Origin: the human T2T-CHM13v2.0 reference genome, Homo sapiens
Reading direction: 5' to 3' (one strand)
Assembly (NCBI RefSeq): GCF_009914755.1
Contig: NC_060925.1
DNA length: 64,000 nt
The notes under the pieces were generated by a model. That model was not told the origin of the DNA and ran no database searches. It saw only the letters and a list, made by a program, of their open reading frames with translations. Positions 16,583 through 33,380 of this stretch are shown here, in pieces (within the stretch, counting starts at the first letter, position 1; every line of letters starts with the position of its first letter). The position numbers and the translations under genes are program-made.

Positions 16583-17541
16583 TCAAAGGAAAAGGAGGCA
16601 GGAGTGCGACCATCAGCATGTTTTACCAGCTCAGACCTTCTGCATCCTACTTCCCTCATTTCTAATATGAAGAAATTAAACAAGAAAATCTTTTATTCTA
16701 TATCATACTATAATTGTCATTACATGGACTAATAATCCTGAATCCCTTCTAGAAAATGAGACTTCAAACACACTTGTGGAAATCTGAAATGCATAATTAT
16801 GTAAAGGCTAGCAGGAATAACTTCACAAAACAGAAAAGTGTTATCCAAGAAAAATATTCAACTTGGCAACATAAGAATAAACAGAATATTAATACTACAT
16901 TAGCTATTTTAATATATAACTTACGTAAACAAAAATTATTTAAATGCAGTATCTTCCCAACAATGTAAGCACACAAAAAACCTGAATTTTGTCAGATCTA
17001 ACCATTTTATCACAATCTGCCATCTTTATGCTATTCCTCAAAGTCCAAGAACTCTACCAATAGTCCTCACCTCATTCCAAAAGAGACTTCTGATTAATCC
17101 CATCCTACTGTGAACATTCTGTCACTTATCATTTTGTGTATAATTTGTTCCATGTTATCTTCTAGTCAGAGCCAATTTGGAATGCTAGAACAGGTAGTAT
17201 CTACTCCGACCCTTTAATTTTACAGATTAGCAAACCAAAAATTAGAAAGGCTCAACGACTGGCCCAGCTTTACACAGCTACTTAGTTACAAAGCCAAGAC
17301 TTGTCCACATGCTGCTTTGTAATTATTCTGTGGTTGATCAAGTGTCTATACCTTATTCCCCTTCCTGTCAGAAGCTGACATCTCTGCTTTCTTCTGAACC
17401 CACAAAATGTCTGTTATCATCTACTGAACACCTATCATGTATATCACAATTTCCCATTTAATCTTCTCAACAATACAAGGAGACAGATGCCCTTTACTCC
17501 ATTTTGTAGTGAGAAAGGTGAGGCTTCAAGATGCTAAGTAA

Positions 17542-17883
17542 GGCTGGGTACAGTGGTTCACACCTATAATCCCAGCACTTTGGGAGGCAGAGGCCAAAGG
17601 CTCCCTTGAAGCCAGGAGTTCATGACCAGCCTGGGAAACATAGAAAAAATAAAAATAATTTGAATATCAGGAGTTTCTGAAAATAAATAAATAAATAAAT
17701 ACAAACACAAATATTAGCCAGGCATGGTGGCGCATGCCAATAGTCCTAGCTACTTGGAAGGCTGAGGCAGGGGGATCACTTGAGCCCAGAAGTTCAAGGC
17801 TGCAAGTGAGCTACAATGGCACCACTGCACTCCAGCCTGGGCAACAGAGTGGGACTCTGCTCTGTCACCAAAAAAAAAAAAAA
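17542..17883 (+). mobile_element. AluJ inserted in a MIR
   Basis: Diverged Alu; TSD aagatgctaag. Confidence 0.85.
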
Positions 17884-18179
17884 GATGCTAAGCAACCCCA
17901 AGTCACCAGCTTATAAATCCTGGCACCAGGACTTAAACCTAGGTCTGTCTAATTCCACGCCCATGCTCTTAACTACTACAAACAAGAGATCCTCCAGAAA
18001 CAGCTGACTTTCAAAAAAAAGATAGGGACTGTGCCTATTACTAAGCCACTGTAGACATCAACCAGGCCCTGCATGGACACTCACTTTCTGGTGGTGGGTA
18101 GTCTGATGAGATCTGGCACAAGGGACAAATTATTTTGTTCTGAAACCAGGGTGGCAGGCCTTGATCAGCAGTTTTAGTT

Positions 18180-18820
18180 TACTTCATTCATTCACTCAAC
18201 AAACATTTATTAGCGCCTACCCTGTCCTGGGCACTGTTCAGGGAGGTGGGCACATAGCAGCAAATTAAACACACTCCTGTTTTCACATAGGTTACCTTCT
18301 AAAGGTGGGGACAGACAAGACAACAAATAAATAATATGTCAAGGCATGAGAAGACCTAGGAAAGGAAAATAAAGCAGGTTAAGGAGAGAGAGTGATGACA
18401 GGAGGGATGCTATTTTAGACAGGGTGGTCAGAGAGGGCCTCCCAGACAAGGTAACATTTAAGCACAGAGGTAAGAGATAAAGCTATGACAATATCTAAAG
18501 GAAAAACCTCCCAGGCAGTGGGAATAGTGAGTGCAAAGGTCCTGAGGTAAGAGCATGCTTGGTTTGTCCTAGAAGCAGACTACAGTACAGCATAGTGGAA
18601 AGTGCGGGGCCCCCATAGCCTACCTGAGTTCAAATCCCCCACCTGCCTTTTCTAAGCAATATAATTTTGGGCAACTTACTTAAAGCTCCATGCCTGATCT
18701 ATAAAGTAGAGATAATGATTCTACCTCCTTCATGGGATTGTTATGATGACTAACTAAATTAATAAATAAAGCACTTACTTCCTAGTATGTTGTTAGAATT
18801 CAGGAAATGGTAGCTTTGAT
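18180..18820. mobile_element. L2 3' end (-) followed by a MIR (+)
   Basis: ttcattcattcactcaacaaacatttattagcgcctac...; MIR-like from about 18590. Confidence 0.7.
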
Positions 18821-19772
18821 TATTTTTAACTACTCACTGATAACTCAGCTCCATTCTAGACAATTTATTTTCAATGTGATACCTTTGAATCCCAGGGTGA
18901 ATGACACTGCAGGCTTTGTACATGGCCAATAGCTTCCTCCTAAGCCTTTGCCTTTCTTGGCTGGGCTTCCTATCCCTGTAGGAACCATGCCGATGTTATC
19001 TCAATAAGAGCAGGAGGCAAATTCCTCTAACTTTACTATTACACTAATACAAATTATGTACTTCATTCCACATAATCCCTACCCATAAGAGTCTGACACT
19101 TCTTCAGAGCTGAATTTATTGCCCTGAGGATTTACGGTATTGGTTTCACAAGATGGGGTCCTGCCAATCCTGACTTCCCACTAGCATCATCAGCAGAAGC
19201 AAGCAGAAATTTCAGGGACAACCCCTTATCTTGAGAAGGGTTAAAACTTCACTTCGAAAGATGGTAATTTAATTTTAAAGAATCCGTTCTCCAATGTCCT
19301 TTTTGCCTAAAATTAAGATTTCTCTTCAAAGAAATTACAACATCAAAGCAAAACTCAAGAGTCATCTGGCCTAAAAGTCTCAAGACTGAGCACAGCCCCC
19401 AAGCAAGGCAGCTCTGGAAGGGACTGTGTAACCAGACAAGGGGATGGGCACAGAAACAAGGCAAGATGTCAGGGCTGCAAGGAAATTCTGCCCTGTTTCC
19501 CCCTGCCCTCTTCCCTAGCTCTTTTCTTTAACGTTGTGTTTGCTTTTCATCTTTGTAGCCTGCTGGGTTAAAGGGCAAACCACAGGCAGAGAGAAACCGC
19601 AGCAAGCCCATGCCTGTTAGAGGTAAAATGGGAGTCTTCCCAAACCACTTGTAAGGATGGGGGGACCCACAGGTGCTGCTTTGAGTCAGACATGAAAACG
19701 AGGTCAGTGTTCTAGTCCAACGAGTCTTAAATGAGGCTTTTTAAAAATCAGATTCTCCTTCCCCGAGATTGA

Positions 19773-21690
<1,918 letters not shown>

Positions 21691-22433
21691 GGGAACTAGG
21701 CTGCAGAGGGGCAAGAAGAGAAACACTGCTCTCTGGTTGTTCTCATCTTTAGAGAAACTTAAGGAAGATTATTCTAAGCCCCACTGTAACCCTAAACTCT
21801 ATGATTCTGAGTTGATTTTCTGTGTCTTTTCTATAGCTATAATTTATATCAACTGTAAGCCTGATCTTTCCCCAAAGCCATAACTGAAGTGGGCTGAAAT
21901 GAAGAATTCCATTTGACAATATATCTATAAACCAGGCCCATGCTACACACCTAGAATACCAAGATGGTAAGACTCAATCCTGCTCTGGGGAATCTGCCGA
22001 AGGAAAAACAACATTCTCACGAGGCAGCAAGAGAAGCACCTGCCAGGAGGAGCCACATGAAGCCCCACTGGAGGAGCTGGCAGCAGTGAGAGCCTGGAAG
22101 AGTAAGCAGGAACCCCCATAGAGAAGGAGGGACATGGGAAATACAGAAGGTGACACTGTGGAGGCTGTGGACCACAGAGAAGTAATATGGTGGCTTTTGG
22201 ACTGTAACAGAAAAATCTACAGAACAACCAGATGGCACTGTCCGATAGGCTGTTGGAAATATGGGTGTGAAAAAACAGGGAGCTGCTGATATTGAAGCAC
22301 AGAAATATGAGCAACTCAATGTAGACTGAAAAGACAAGAAAAAGAAAAGAAGAGGGGAGAGGAGAGGAGGAAAGGAAAATGCAACCTTGGAAAATGTCAA
22401 CCCATAGGGATCAAGCATTGAAAAGGAAGACTG

Positions 22434-22775
22434 GGCTGGGCACTGTGGCTCACGTCTATATTCCCAGCATTTTGGGAGGCTGAGGCAGGCAGATCACCTG
22501 AGGTCAGGAGTTCAAGACCAGCCTGGCCAACATGGCAAAACCTTGTCTCTACTAAAAATAGAAAAATTAGCTGGGCATGGTGGCGCACACCTGTAATCCC
22601 AGCTACTCGGGCGGGGGGGGGGGGGGTGGGAGTGTGCAGCTGAGGGAGGAGAATTGCTTGAACCCAGGAGGCGGAGACTGCAGTGAGCCAACGTCGTGCC
22701 AATGCACTCCAGCCTGGGCAACAGAGTGAGACTCCGTCTCAAAAAAAAAAAAAAAAAAAGAAAGAAAAAGAAACA
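22434..22775 (+). mobile_element. AluS with a G-rich insertion in the right arm
   Basis: Alu consensus; G14 at 22613-22626. Confidence 0.9.
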
Positions 22776-24179
22776 AAATGGAAGACTGAAGAGACATCCG
22801 GAACATAAGAGGAAAACCAGGAGAACTCGTTTCAGGGAAACCAAGAAAAAAAAATGGGGGAAAAAGGATAGTAAAGCAGCAAATGCAACTTTGCACTCCG
22901 TACTTCACACCTCTTCTAGCACCTCATGGGGGTGTGGTGGGGGTGTGGTGGGCGTGGGAGCCAGCAGCAGGCAGAAGAGTAAATGGGAGGTGAGAAGAAA
23001 AGCACCAAGAGCTAAAACACATTAGCCTCAGTGACAAGACTAAGAGTTATCAAAGATTATGCAGCATCAGGAAAGTCTTATTCAACACTCTGTGGAGGTG
23101 TAAGGTGTGAGAAACAGGAACTAAGACCTGCCGGGGCTGATCTTCTGGCAGTGGAAAGGAGATTTCTTAGTTAACACCTAGGTCTCACAGGACCACTAAT
23201 CCTGAAACTAGCAGTAGGCATCCCGAAAGGCTAGTTGCTTCTGACAAGTGCTGAGGACAATATATTCACCCACACATCATCCAAATGCTAGGCTTCGCAC
23301 CTCCATACCTTTCCCACACTAACATCCCTAGTTTTCTCCTCCAGCAGAATAATGCTAGGCAGCAGGGACTACATTTCAGTTCAAAGCATGGTAAAAAAAT
23401 TCATATAACAAAAACCATAGCACCACTACCAGGTATGATGCTGTGAGCCCATAACCTGGGACCATTCAGGCAGGAAAAGGCTTTACCAAAAACACAAGCT
23501 GGGTCCCGGAACACTGGACCCAAACCCTTTCATGTCAGCAAAAACTGCCTAAATGCTCTTCTATTTGCTCTCTGAGAAACAAAAAGAAGCCGAAGGAGGA
23601 AAAGGCCTTTAATCCTAAAATTATTCTTAATTTCCAATACAGAGCATTTGAGAAAAATCTGAAAGCCAACAGAAAAACTAGCAGATTCTTTAAAATGTGT
23701 GTCTACAGTCCTTTCTCCTTTACCCTCTGCAAAAAAAAAAGCAACCCAACTCCCAAATGATCATTTTTCTTGGCTTAATTTCACTATTTTTTGTGATACA
23801 TAATTGGAAACAGACTGCTTTTTCCTGGCTTTAGAGAACAGGATCTTCAGGGTTATAAGAGTTGCCAACTACAGAACCTCAACCTTAGCAAAATTTTTTT
23901 GCAAACCTCTTACCTATCTACCTACTTGAAATACATATTAACTCCAAAGAAAACACGTAAATCCCCTATTATTATGCAAAAGTGGATTTTCTCCCAACAA
24001 ATTAGACACTCCTCTCCTTTTCCTAGCCTACCCATTGAAATCCTGCTCTGTGTTCAGCTATGTCCCATTCAAACATGACCAAAAGCCCTAACCAGCATGG
24101 TATCTAGATGGGATACTTTTTGGAAGCATTTTCTTTTTTCTTCATATTTTCTTTTTTTGTGTGTGTGGTGGGGGTAGGG

Positions 24180-24330
24180 ACAAGGTCTCACTCTGTCACC
24201 CAGGCTGGAGTGCAGTGGTATGATCATGACTCACTGCAGCCTCGACCTCCTGGCTCAAGCCATCCTCCTGCCTCAGCCTCCTGAGAAGCTGGGACTACAG
24301 GCACACACCACCATGCCTGGCTAATTTTTA
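24180..24330 (-). mobile_element. AluJ/FRAM right monomer
   Basis: Single arm. Confidence 0.8.
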
Positions 24331-25813
24331 ACTGACATTTTCAGGAATTTAGTAGAATTGGTTCTACAGGAAAGCTCCTTATTTAGCCCACACAGTGAAT
24401 GAAATTAAAACCTGGAACGTCTTAGAGAACAACCACTCTAACAATGAAATAAAGATGCCACAAATTGAAAAAAGATATAAATATGGAAAAATGTGAAATG
24501 CAACAAGTAGGTCATCCTTCCCCTAGCTCCTGTGTCAAAAACATGATACATCCAATGGCTGTACAGCTATTGTAACGAATAATGAGTATGACAGCTTAAA
24601 AGCTCAAAGACAAGTGTCTTTACAAAATGGGCTGTTGGCATAAGTATTTTTTTCAGGATTCAGATGATTTATCACGAATACATAACAAGTAGCAATCTCT
24701 CTAAAGTCTCAAAAATAAGAAAATGAATAGGAATGTCTATTCAGAAATGCTTTGGCTAAAAGATAGACCAGCAATAGGAAACATGCCCATTTAGATCAGA
24801 AACTTCTCCCACACACATAGGGAAGACCTTACGCTGCAATGATGCAAAATGTATGTAATGAGTCAATGGTGCTTTCCCTCAAAGTTAAATTTAATTTGCC
24901 AGCCAACTGCACAAAATCTAATATAACAAAATGAGATACTTATTCTTTATGGAGACTCAGAAGAGTTTTGTTTTAAAGAAAAAACCATAAAAGAGATAAC
25001 TCACAGCAACACAGTGAGTATCTTACAAAAGTACTCAGGGTACCACATGAACACAAGCCTTTGTGATTAGAATCTAAGTTTTTCACCTCAAATAACCTTC
25101 CAGAATGAAAAGAAAAAAAAAAAAACACACATTCTGCTCCAGCAATTATCACACAGTTAGTTAATTATAAAATGAAATTTCCAAATAGTCTCCAGAGTAT
25201 TTTTGCATCCAAGGACCAATATCACACTGTCAAAACAATAAATCACTAAAAATGCTAACAAAACGAATACTCCCAAAAGGGACCCTTTTCACTTGCCAGA
25301 TAGAATTAAGTATTCATCAAGTTTCCATTAGCAAAATAGTATGATACAAATTTAAAAAGAAATCCAGAGTTCTACTAGACCCTCCACCTGGCCCATTTGA
25401 TGTTCTCACCTATAAAAGGTAGTGAGTCATGCTTGTGAAACTGCAGACCTTCGCCCAAGGCAATCTGATCCACAGGAAAGCTCAAGGACTAGTATCTGTA
25501 AAGATCATTTTCTAAAGATCATTTTTCAAGGACTAATCAACTTAAATGTGTTTTTACAAATGATCCATCAGCAATTTTACACAAAAAACCTGACCTTCGG
25601 CATATACCAGAGAAATGAATTATGTGCCTGGAAGGACAGAAAAGCAGGTGTTTCGTCCTCCTGCAAACAACACCCAACTCCAAAGGCCCCCTTCACTAGG
25701 AGTCCAATGTCCAGAAAGTATACGCTTCTTTATAACCATTTTTTAAGTAAAGATAGAGCTAACATTTCAGACTTAATTCTAAATTATCTTGGCAACAGTT
25801 TAACATTAAAGTG

Positions 25814-26111
<298 letters not shown>

Positions 26112-27145
26112 CCATTAAAATCTAATTCTAAAAATCAACTTTGCTAGGCTCTACATATAACTGAATCCTCTTCCCAGGATGGAAGAAGATTTCAACATAA
26201 AAGAACCACCACCACAAAAACCAGACATTAGGCTCCCTGCCCTGCCCCCCGACACCAAAAAATTATCTTCAGCAGGGCACATTAGGATGGCCTGAAGGCA
26301 TGGTTCTGGGGCTCTTGTTCTAGACCTTCCATTTTAAATATGGTCTCTATCCCTCATAAGCAGTTGTCAGCCTATTAAGTCTTCATCTTTGGCCTGAAAA
26401 ACTGAAGAATAAAAAATGAAGAATAAGTTCCAAATGACAGTAGCCTCATGCAGAATTTATATCAATGTTGTTTCAAAAACACATTTTGGTTGAGAGAGCA
26501 AGACATCAAAATCATTATTCAAGTGGGGAGGAAGAATGCTTGGAAATTTGTGCTGATTCTTAAGCAAGGACTTTGCAAGCAGAGAAAATAAAGCTCAATG
26601 TCAGTTAACAAACAAATGTGCTATTTCAAAAGATATAAAATAAGAAATCTAGAAATTTTATATTCCTAGATTTATTTATTATATTTCTATATTTCCTGGA
26701 CAGAGCCCAGGAAATGAACCCAGATCCTTCTTGTAAGGCCCTTCCAAGCTGTTGATTTATTTCAGCTTGACTAGACACTGAACAAATTAGCAACAGCTTG
26801 TGTTTTATGAAATGCTGCAAAGAAACAATGCTATCATTCCAAGTGTTACTCTGAAGATGCAGAACCAGAGAAGTTACTGCTATGGCTCTTGGTACACTTA
26901 ATTTTCTTCCTACAGAAATGCCCTCACTCAATCTGCTGAAGGCTCACTATTATGTGTTTAAGGTTAGCTTTTCATATAACCTAGATTCACTCTTAAATTC
27001 CAAATTGCTTATATTCCTAGTGGCAATACAAGACTGCTTTTACATTAAAGGCCCCTAAAAACATTTATCTAACTCAAGTTATGCAAATTTCAAAAAAGTT
27101 AACATTTTTTAAATTTACAATTGTTTTAAATAAGTTTAAAAATAT

Positions 27146-27677
27146 GGCCGGGCGCGATGGCTCACACCTGTAATCCCAGCACGTTGGGAGGCCAAGACGG
27201 CGGATCACGAGGTCAGGAGATTGAGACCATCCTAGCTAACACGGTGAAACCCTGTCTCTACTAAAAATACAAAAATTAGCTGGGCGTGGTGGCGGGCGCC
27301 TGTAGTCTCAGCTACTCGGGAGACTGAGGCAAGAAAATGGCGTGAACCAGGGAGGCGGAGCTTGCAGTAAGCCGAGATCGCGCCACTGCACTCCACCCTG
27401 GGTGACAGAGCGAGACTCCGTCCCAAAAAAAATAAAAATAAAAATAAAAATATAAGAAAAATGCTCCAGTAGACTGATGGAAATGGCAATAAAATCACTT
27501 TTAAGTAACTGTTAAGACTGAAAAAGAAGACTGTCCTTTAGTAGCTAATAAATCTGACAGCCAGGAGCAGTGGCTCATGCCTGTAATCCCAACAATTTGA
27601 GAAGATGAGGCAGGAGGATCACTTGAGCCCAGGAGTTCGAGACCAGCCGAGGCAACATAGTAAGACTCTGTCTCAAA
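27146..27677 (+). mobile_element. AluY (27146-27450) and FLAM (27559-27677)
   Basis: Alu consensus. Confidence 0.88.
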
Positions 27678-28584
27678 ATATATACATATTATATATTATA
27701 CAATATATAGTTATAGATTATATATATGTGAGATTTTACATATATTTACATATTTTATATGAATAAGTATATAAATAAAAATAAAAAATAAATCTGACAA
27801 TTACAATTTTTATCCAACAGCAATGAAAGCACCACAAAAAGACGTTTCAAAATGAACTATCAAGAAGGGAGGTAATTCAAAATGACCACAGAGCAGAATC
27901 ATCCAGGCAAAATATTACAGCAAAGTTATTACTTACACAGTCACAGTCTAAACTCTAACTGTTCTGTCTGTTAAGCTTAAAATGTAAAGTCAGGACCTTT
28001 CACAGATTTTTGAAGCCAGGAAATTGGTCTTCACTTATATACTAAAGAAGTCAGCAGTGATCACCTTCTTAAAACTCAAAGGACAGTTGAGTTCCCTGGG
28101 CTCTTAGGCTCAGATTCTGCCCTCAGAAAAACAAGCACTCACCTGACTTTTACAAGTCACAACCAAGTTTGCATGCAAGAGAGAAAAATTAATTCTTTTG
28201 AGTCTTAAAAACAATGGAACAACACTTTCCTTCAAGCCAACGAAAGGCTTTCTGTAAGAAAGCCCTAAGCAACCTGAAGGCATTTTGGCCCCCAGTCATC
28301 AGAGCACTGAATAAGGACAATTAATTTGCCAAGCTCCAAGACCAGAAACCATAGCCTAGTAGGGAGTAGGAGGTTATAAGTGTTTGTTGAATTACTCGAG
28401 TAAACTAGAGCAAAGCATAGAAGACTAAATGAGATCCTAAATAAATGCCACTCTGTAGTATAAGCGCAATGCTAAGATTTAAAAAGAAGGGACTCAACTA
28501 ATTTTGAAAGTTATTTTAAAATAGGATCCATGGGACCCTAACGTGGTAAATGAAATAAAGGTAAATCAATACTACATAATATGG

Positions 28585-29664
<1,080 letters not shown>

Positions 29665-30014
29665 TCATAGACACATCACACCTATACTAGTATCAAATAT
29701 GATACATCTGAACTACTACTATACTTGAATATTAACGTAAGCCTCTGAGGAATGCACAGTAATAGAACTGCTGTTATTTAGGATTACTGATCCCCTATTG
29801 TCTTGCACTTAGAAGATGTTAATGAAAGATGATGACAGGATTGTGAACACACCAACCTCCCTGAGAACAAATTCATTATATTCAGTTTTCTACAAAAGAC
29901 AAATGAGGATCATTACAAAAGGATTCACAACAAATTCCTCTGGATTTCCATTTCTCCCAGGTAAGTTGAAATATTATTCAAACCACACAAAATTAGTTTA
30001 CATACAAACTTCAC

Positions 30015-30138
30015 TTTTTAAAGAGATGGGGGTCTCACTATATTACCCAGGCTGGTCTCGAACTCCTTGGCCAAGTGATCCTCCTACCTCAGCCTCCCAA
30101 AGTGTTGGAATTACAGGTGTGAGCCACTGTGCCTGGCC
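30015..30138 (-). mobile_element. FLAM/Alu left monomer
   Basis: Single arm. Confidence 0.8.
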
Positions 30139-30873
30139 TACACACCACTTAAGGAAACAAATTGAAAAAAAACTATATGTGTGTTTATCTATCTGTCCAG
30201 CCACCATGGAGTTCTTGACATATATTCAACATACAGGCCCTGTCCTCAAGGTCATTCTTAATCAGTTCAAATTAAATCTAGTCCTCCATTATAAACTCCA
30301 AAAGCAACTTAGTTATTTTGCTAGATATTTTGCCCTCCCCTTTCAAACTATATGTTTAATACTCTAAAAACGGGTTTATGCGCCTTATAGATATCAACAG
30401 TGTGTTATGCTCCCCCTATTGACTAATATTCAAAATAACAATGAACTCCCCACGGGTTGCCTTTGAAGTGCTGGGATTCAAAACTATGTTGGTGATTTTT
30501 ATATTTAAAAACATGAGCTGAATCAACAGTTGTTAGGCAAAGCTGCCGTGTAACGGTCAGATTCCATCAAAACAGGAAAAATTAAAGTTGACAAATGTCA
30601 AACTGAAGGGCCAAAAAAAAAAAACGCTCAAGCCTTGAAACACTAAACAATGCAGAAATAAAGCCAAAAGCAAAGAACAGCAAGAAATAGAGCAACATCC
30701 TTTAACTGACACAATGGCATGAAATCAATTTCATGTTAATAGCCCTTAAGGGGGTAAGAATTATTTCCCTGCCTCCTGTGCCAACCCCAAGCTGTTTCCT
30801 AAGGAAGCCAAGTAATGGTGATCAACAATGTCTGGAGAATTAATAAAAGAAATTAAGAATAAAGATCCATGTT

Positions 30874-31176
<303 letters not shown>

Positions 31177-32179
31177 TTAATTAATACAAGTCAGAGTTCT
31201 ATTTATAATTATTTGGGGCCAGTTTCAGAGGAACTTTAATTGGGCACCCTCATAAGTATGTAAAATCGCCTAAATTCATCACAGATACCTTATGTGTGTT
31301 TCAAGAGATATGCGTTCAGCTCAAATAGAAAGCTGAAAGATGGGAGAAGATGCATGGACTATGCACACAAATCTATGTACACACAAATCGGCCTGCACTT
31401 GCCGCTCTCCGCTGAGGAAGGAAGGTAGCTTTGGAGTCAGAACTAACAGAAAGTTATGTATGATCTTGGACAAGTAATTTAACCTCTAGTGTCTTATCTG
31501 TAAAATAGGGTTATTAATAGTGCTTTTCCCATAGAGATGCTGTGAGGATTAAGTGCACACAGTATGGGCTTAGAAAACGTTAGCTGTTATTATTATCCAA
31601 AAGAAACAACTGAGTTCACACTGAAGTAACTGTTTGCACTCTGCATTCAGGAAGAAGAAACGGTCTTGACGTGTGTTTTTACTACCTGTGGAGACTTCTC
31701 CCAAACCGCTCACTTCTTCGGAAGGACATAAAACTCAGAATACGCCTGGTTCCCCAGCACAGCCTGTCACTCCTACTATCCTCTGCCCTCGCCGCTCCTA
31801 TCCTGCCACCGCAGGGCTAGCGGCAAGCAGCGCTAACCTCCGTGCGGTGCTTACTCGGTGCCAAGCACTGTTGTAGCACCTCACACACATTAAATCATTA
31901 GATGCTCACAGCAACTTTACGGGGCAAGTACTACTATCCTCACTTCACAGCTAGGGAAATGGAACGGTTTTCTTCTTCCAGCTTTTCGTGAGGACACCAA
32001 ATCCACTAAGTTCTACTTTGCCAAGGTAATTCATGCTTGACACGTCGGCTCCTGACACTATGCGATTCTGCAAAGCGGGGCAAATGCCCTAATAAGATCA
32101 AGTCTGCAAGCAGATTCTTCTAGCGACAGTCCAAGATTTCCAAGTTTGTCCTAACCAAATGAATACAAGAAGAGAGCCT

Positions 32180-33380
32180 TCAAAATAAACCGGGGCGGGG
32201 GGGGGCCGAGCTGCAGCTTGCGGCTCAGCCCGCAAGGCACCCTGAGGGCGCGGCCAGCGGGGAACGCAAACCGCGTCCGTGCACGAGTCCGGGAGCCACA
32301 GCCTGGGCCACGGCAATTGACTGCGAACCCACAACAAACCATTCCCACCGAAGCTGTCACGCGCCCGGAGGGAAGTGGCCGCCGCGCCCCGCAGGGGTCA
32401 GAAGGACCCGCGGAGAGGAAGAGTGAGGGCGGGCGTGGAGAATTCCTCCCCAGCACTGCGCATCGCCGGGGGCACTGCCTGCCCCGTGCGGCCGCTGCCC
32501 ACGCACCGCTGGCCACCGGTGCCTGCTCCCCGGAGGGTAAACACCGCCCCACCAGCGCCTCCCTCCCAAGGCCGGAGGTCCTGGCGGCTGGAGCGACCCT
32601 GGCCGGTAAGTAGGCACTGGCAGCCCGCGCCGCGCCGACGGGCACCCGCGCAGCCTGCAGAGCCCACAGCCCGGGCGGGCTGCAGCGCCGCGGGGCTGGG
32701 CCGGCACGTACCTCGGAGGCGGTGTGTCCAGCGGAGATCCACCCGCAGCAAGTTGGAGGAAAGCGGCGGCAAGTTTCCCCGCCCAGCGCTCGGCGGCGGC
32801 GAGCTCCGGCAGCTGCTGCGCCGCGGCAAAACTACGCCATCCGGACCCGCTGGGGACTCTCACCTCCTGCAGGGAGCTCCGGGAATCGCGCAGGGAAAGT
32901 GGCCGGGGCGCGAGAGCCGCCGACTGCCCTCCTTCACTCGCTGGGAAGAGGAAAGTGCCGCTCGGCGTCCCCGAAACCCTCGATTACCCCCATCAGGCCG
33001 ACCCGGCGCACTCGCCCTCCCTCGCACACACGCGGGCGGGGACGGGCAGGACGCCACAGCAATCAGCGCGCGGGGGGAAGGGCGCTCCTCCGCCGGCCCC
33101 ACCGGGGGCTCTCGGCCGCCCAGAAACTCCTCCTCCCGCCTCCCGCCTCCCGCCTCCTCTCTCCTCCCCCTTTGCCTCCGCGGCTGATGGATGAGCCCCG
33201 AATGCTGCTCGAGCCTGTGCTTCCCTTCGGGACGAGGAGGCCGAGAGAGAAGGGGCTAGGGGCGCGGCCGGGCTCAGCGTGCCCGGGTTGGGGCGGCCCC
33301 TGTCCTGGGGGAAGCGCGAGGGAGACGTGGGCACGAGCTGCGGGGACTCGCTCCCTCAAACGAGGTCCTTTGAACTTTCC
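32180..33380. promoter_or_regulatory. TGFBR3: CpG island / TGFBR3 proximal promoter with GC boxes
   Basis: Very high GC and CpG density compared with the CpG-depleted surroundings; (CCCGCCT)x3 array at about 33135-33156; repeat-free. Confidence 0.93.
32712..33170 (-). other. TGFBR3: TGFBR3 proximal non-coding first exon (5' boundary uncertain, about 32990-33200)
   Basis: Donor CCGAG|GTACGT (intron starts 32711) inside the CpG island; joins GCAGTTTG of the ATG exon as in the remembered mRNA. Confidence 0.85.

Noticed and set aside
29945-29966. Recursive-splice-like motif tttccatttctcccAG|GTAAGT
   Set aside because: On the + strand, antisense to TGFBR3, with no evidence of a + strand host transcript here
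29816-30367. 183-aa + strand ORF
   Set aside because: Runs through a FLAM, AT-rich random composition, antisense intronic
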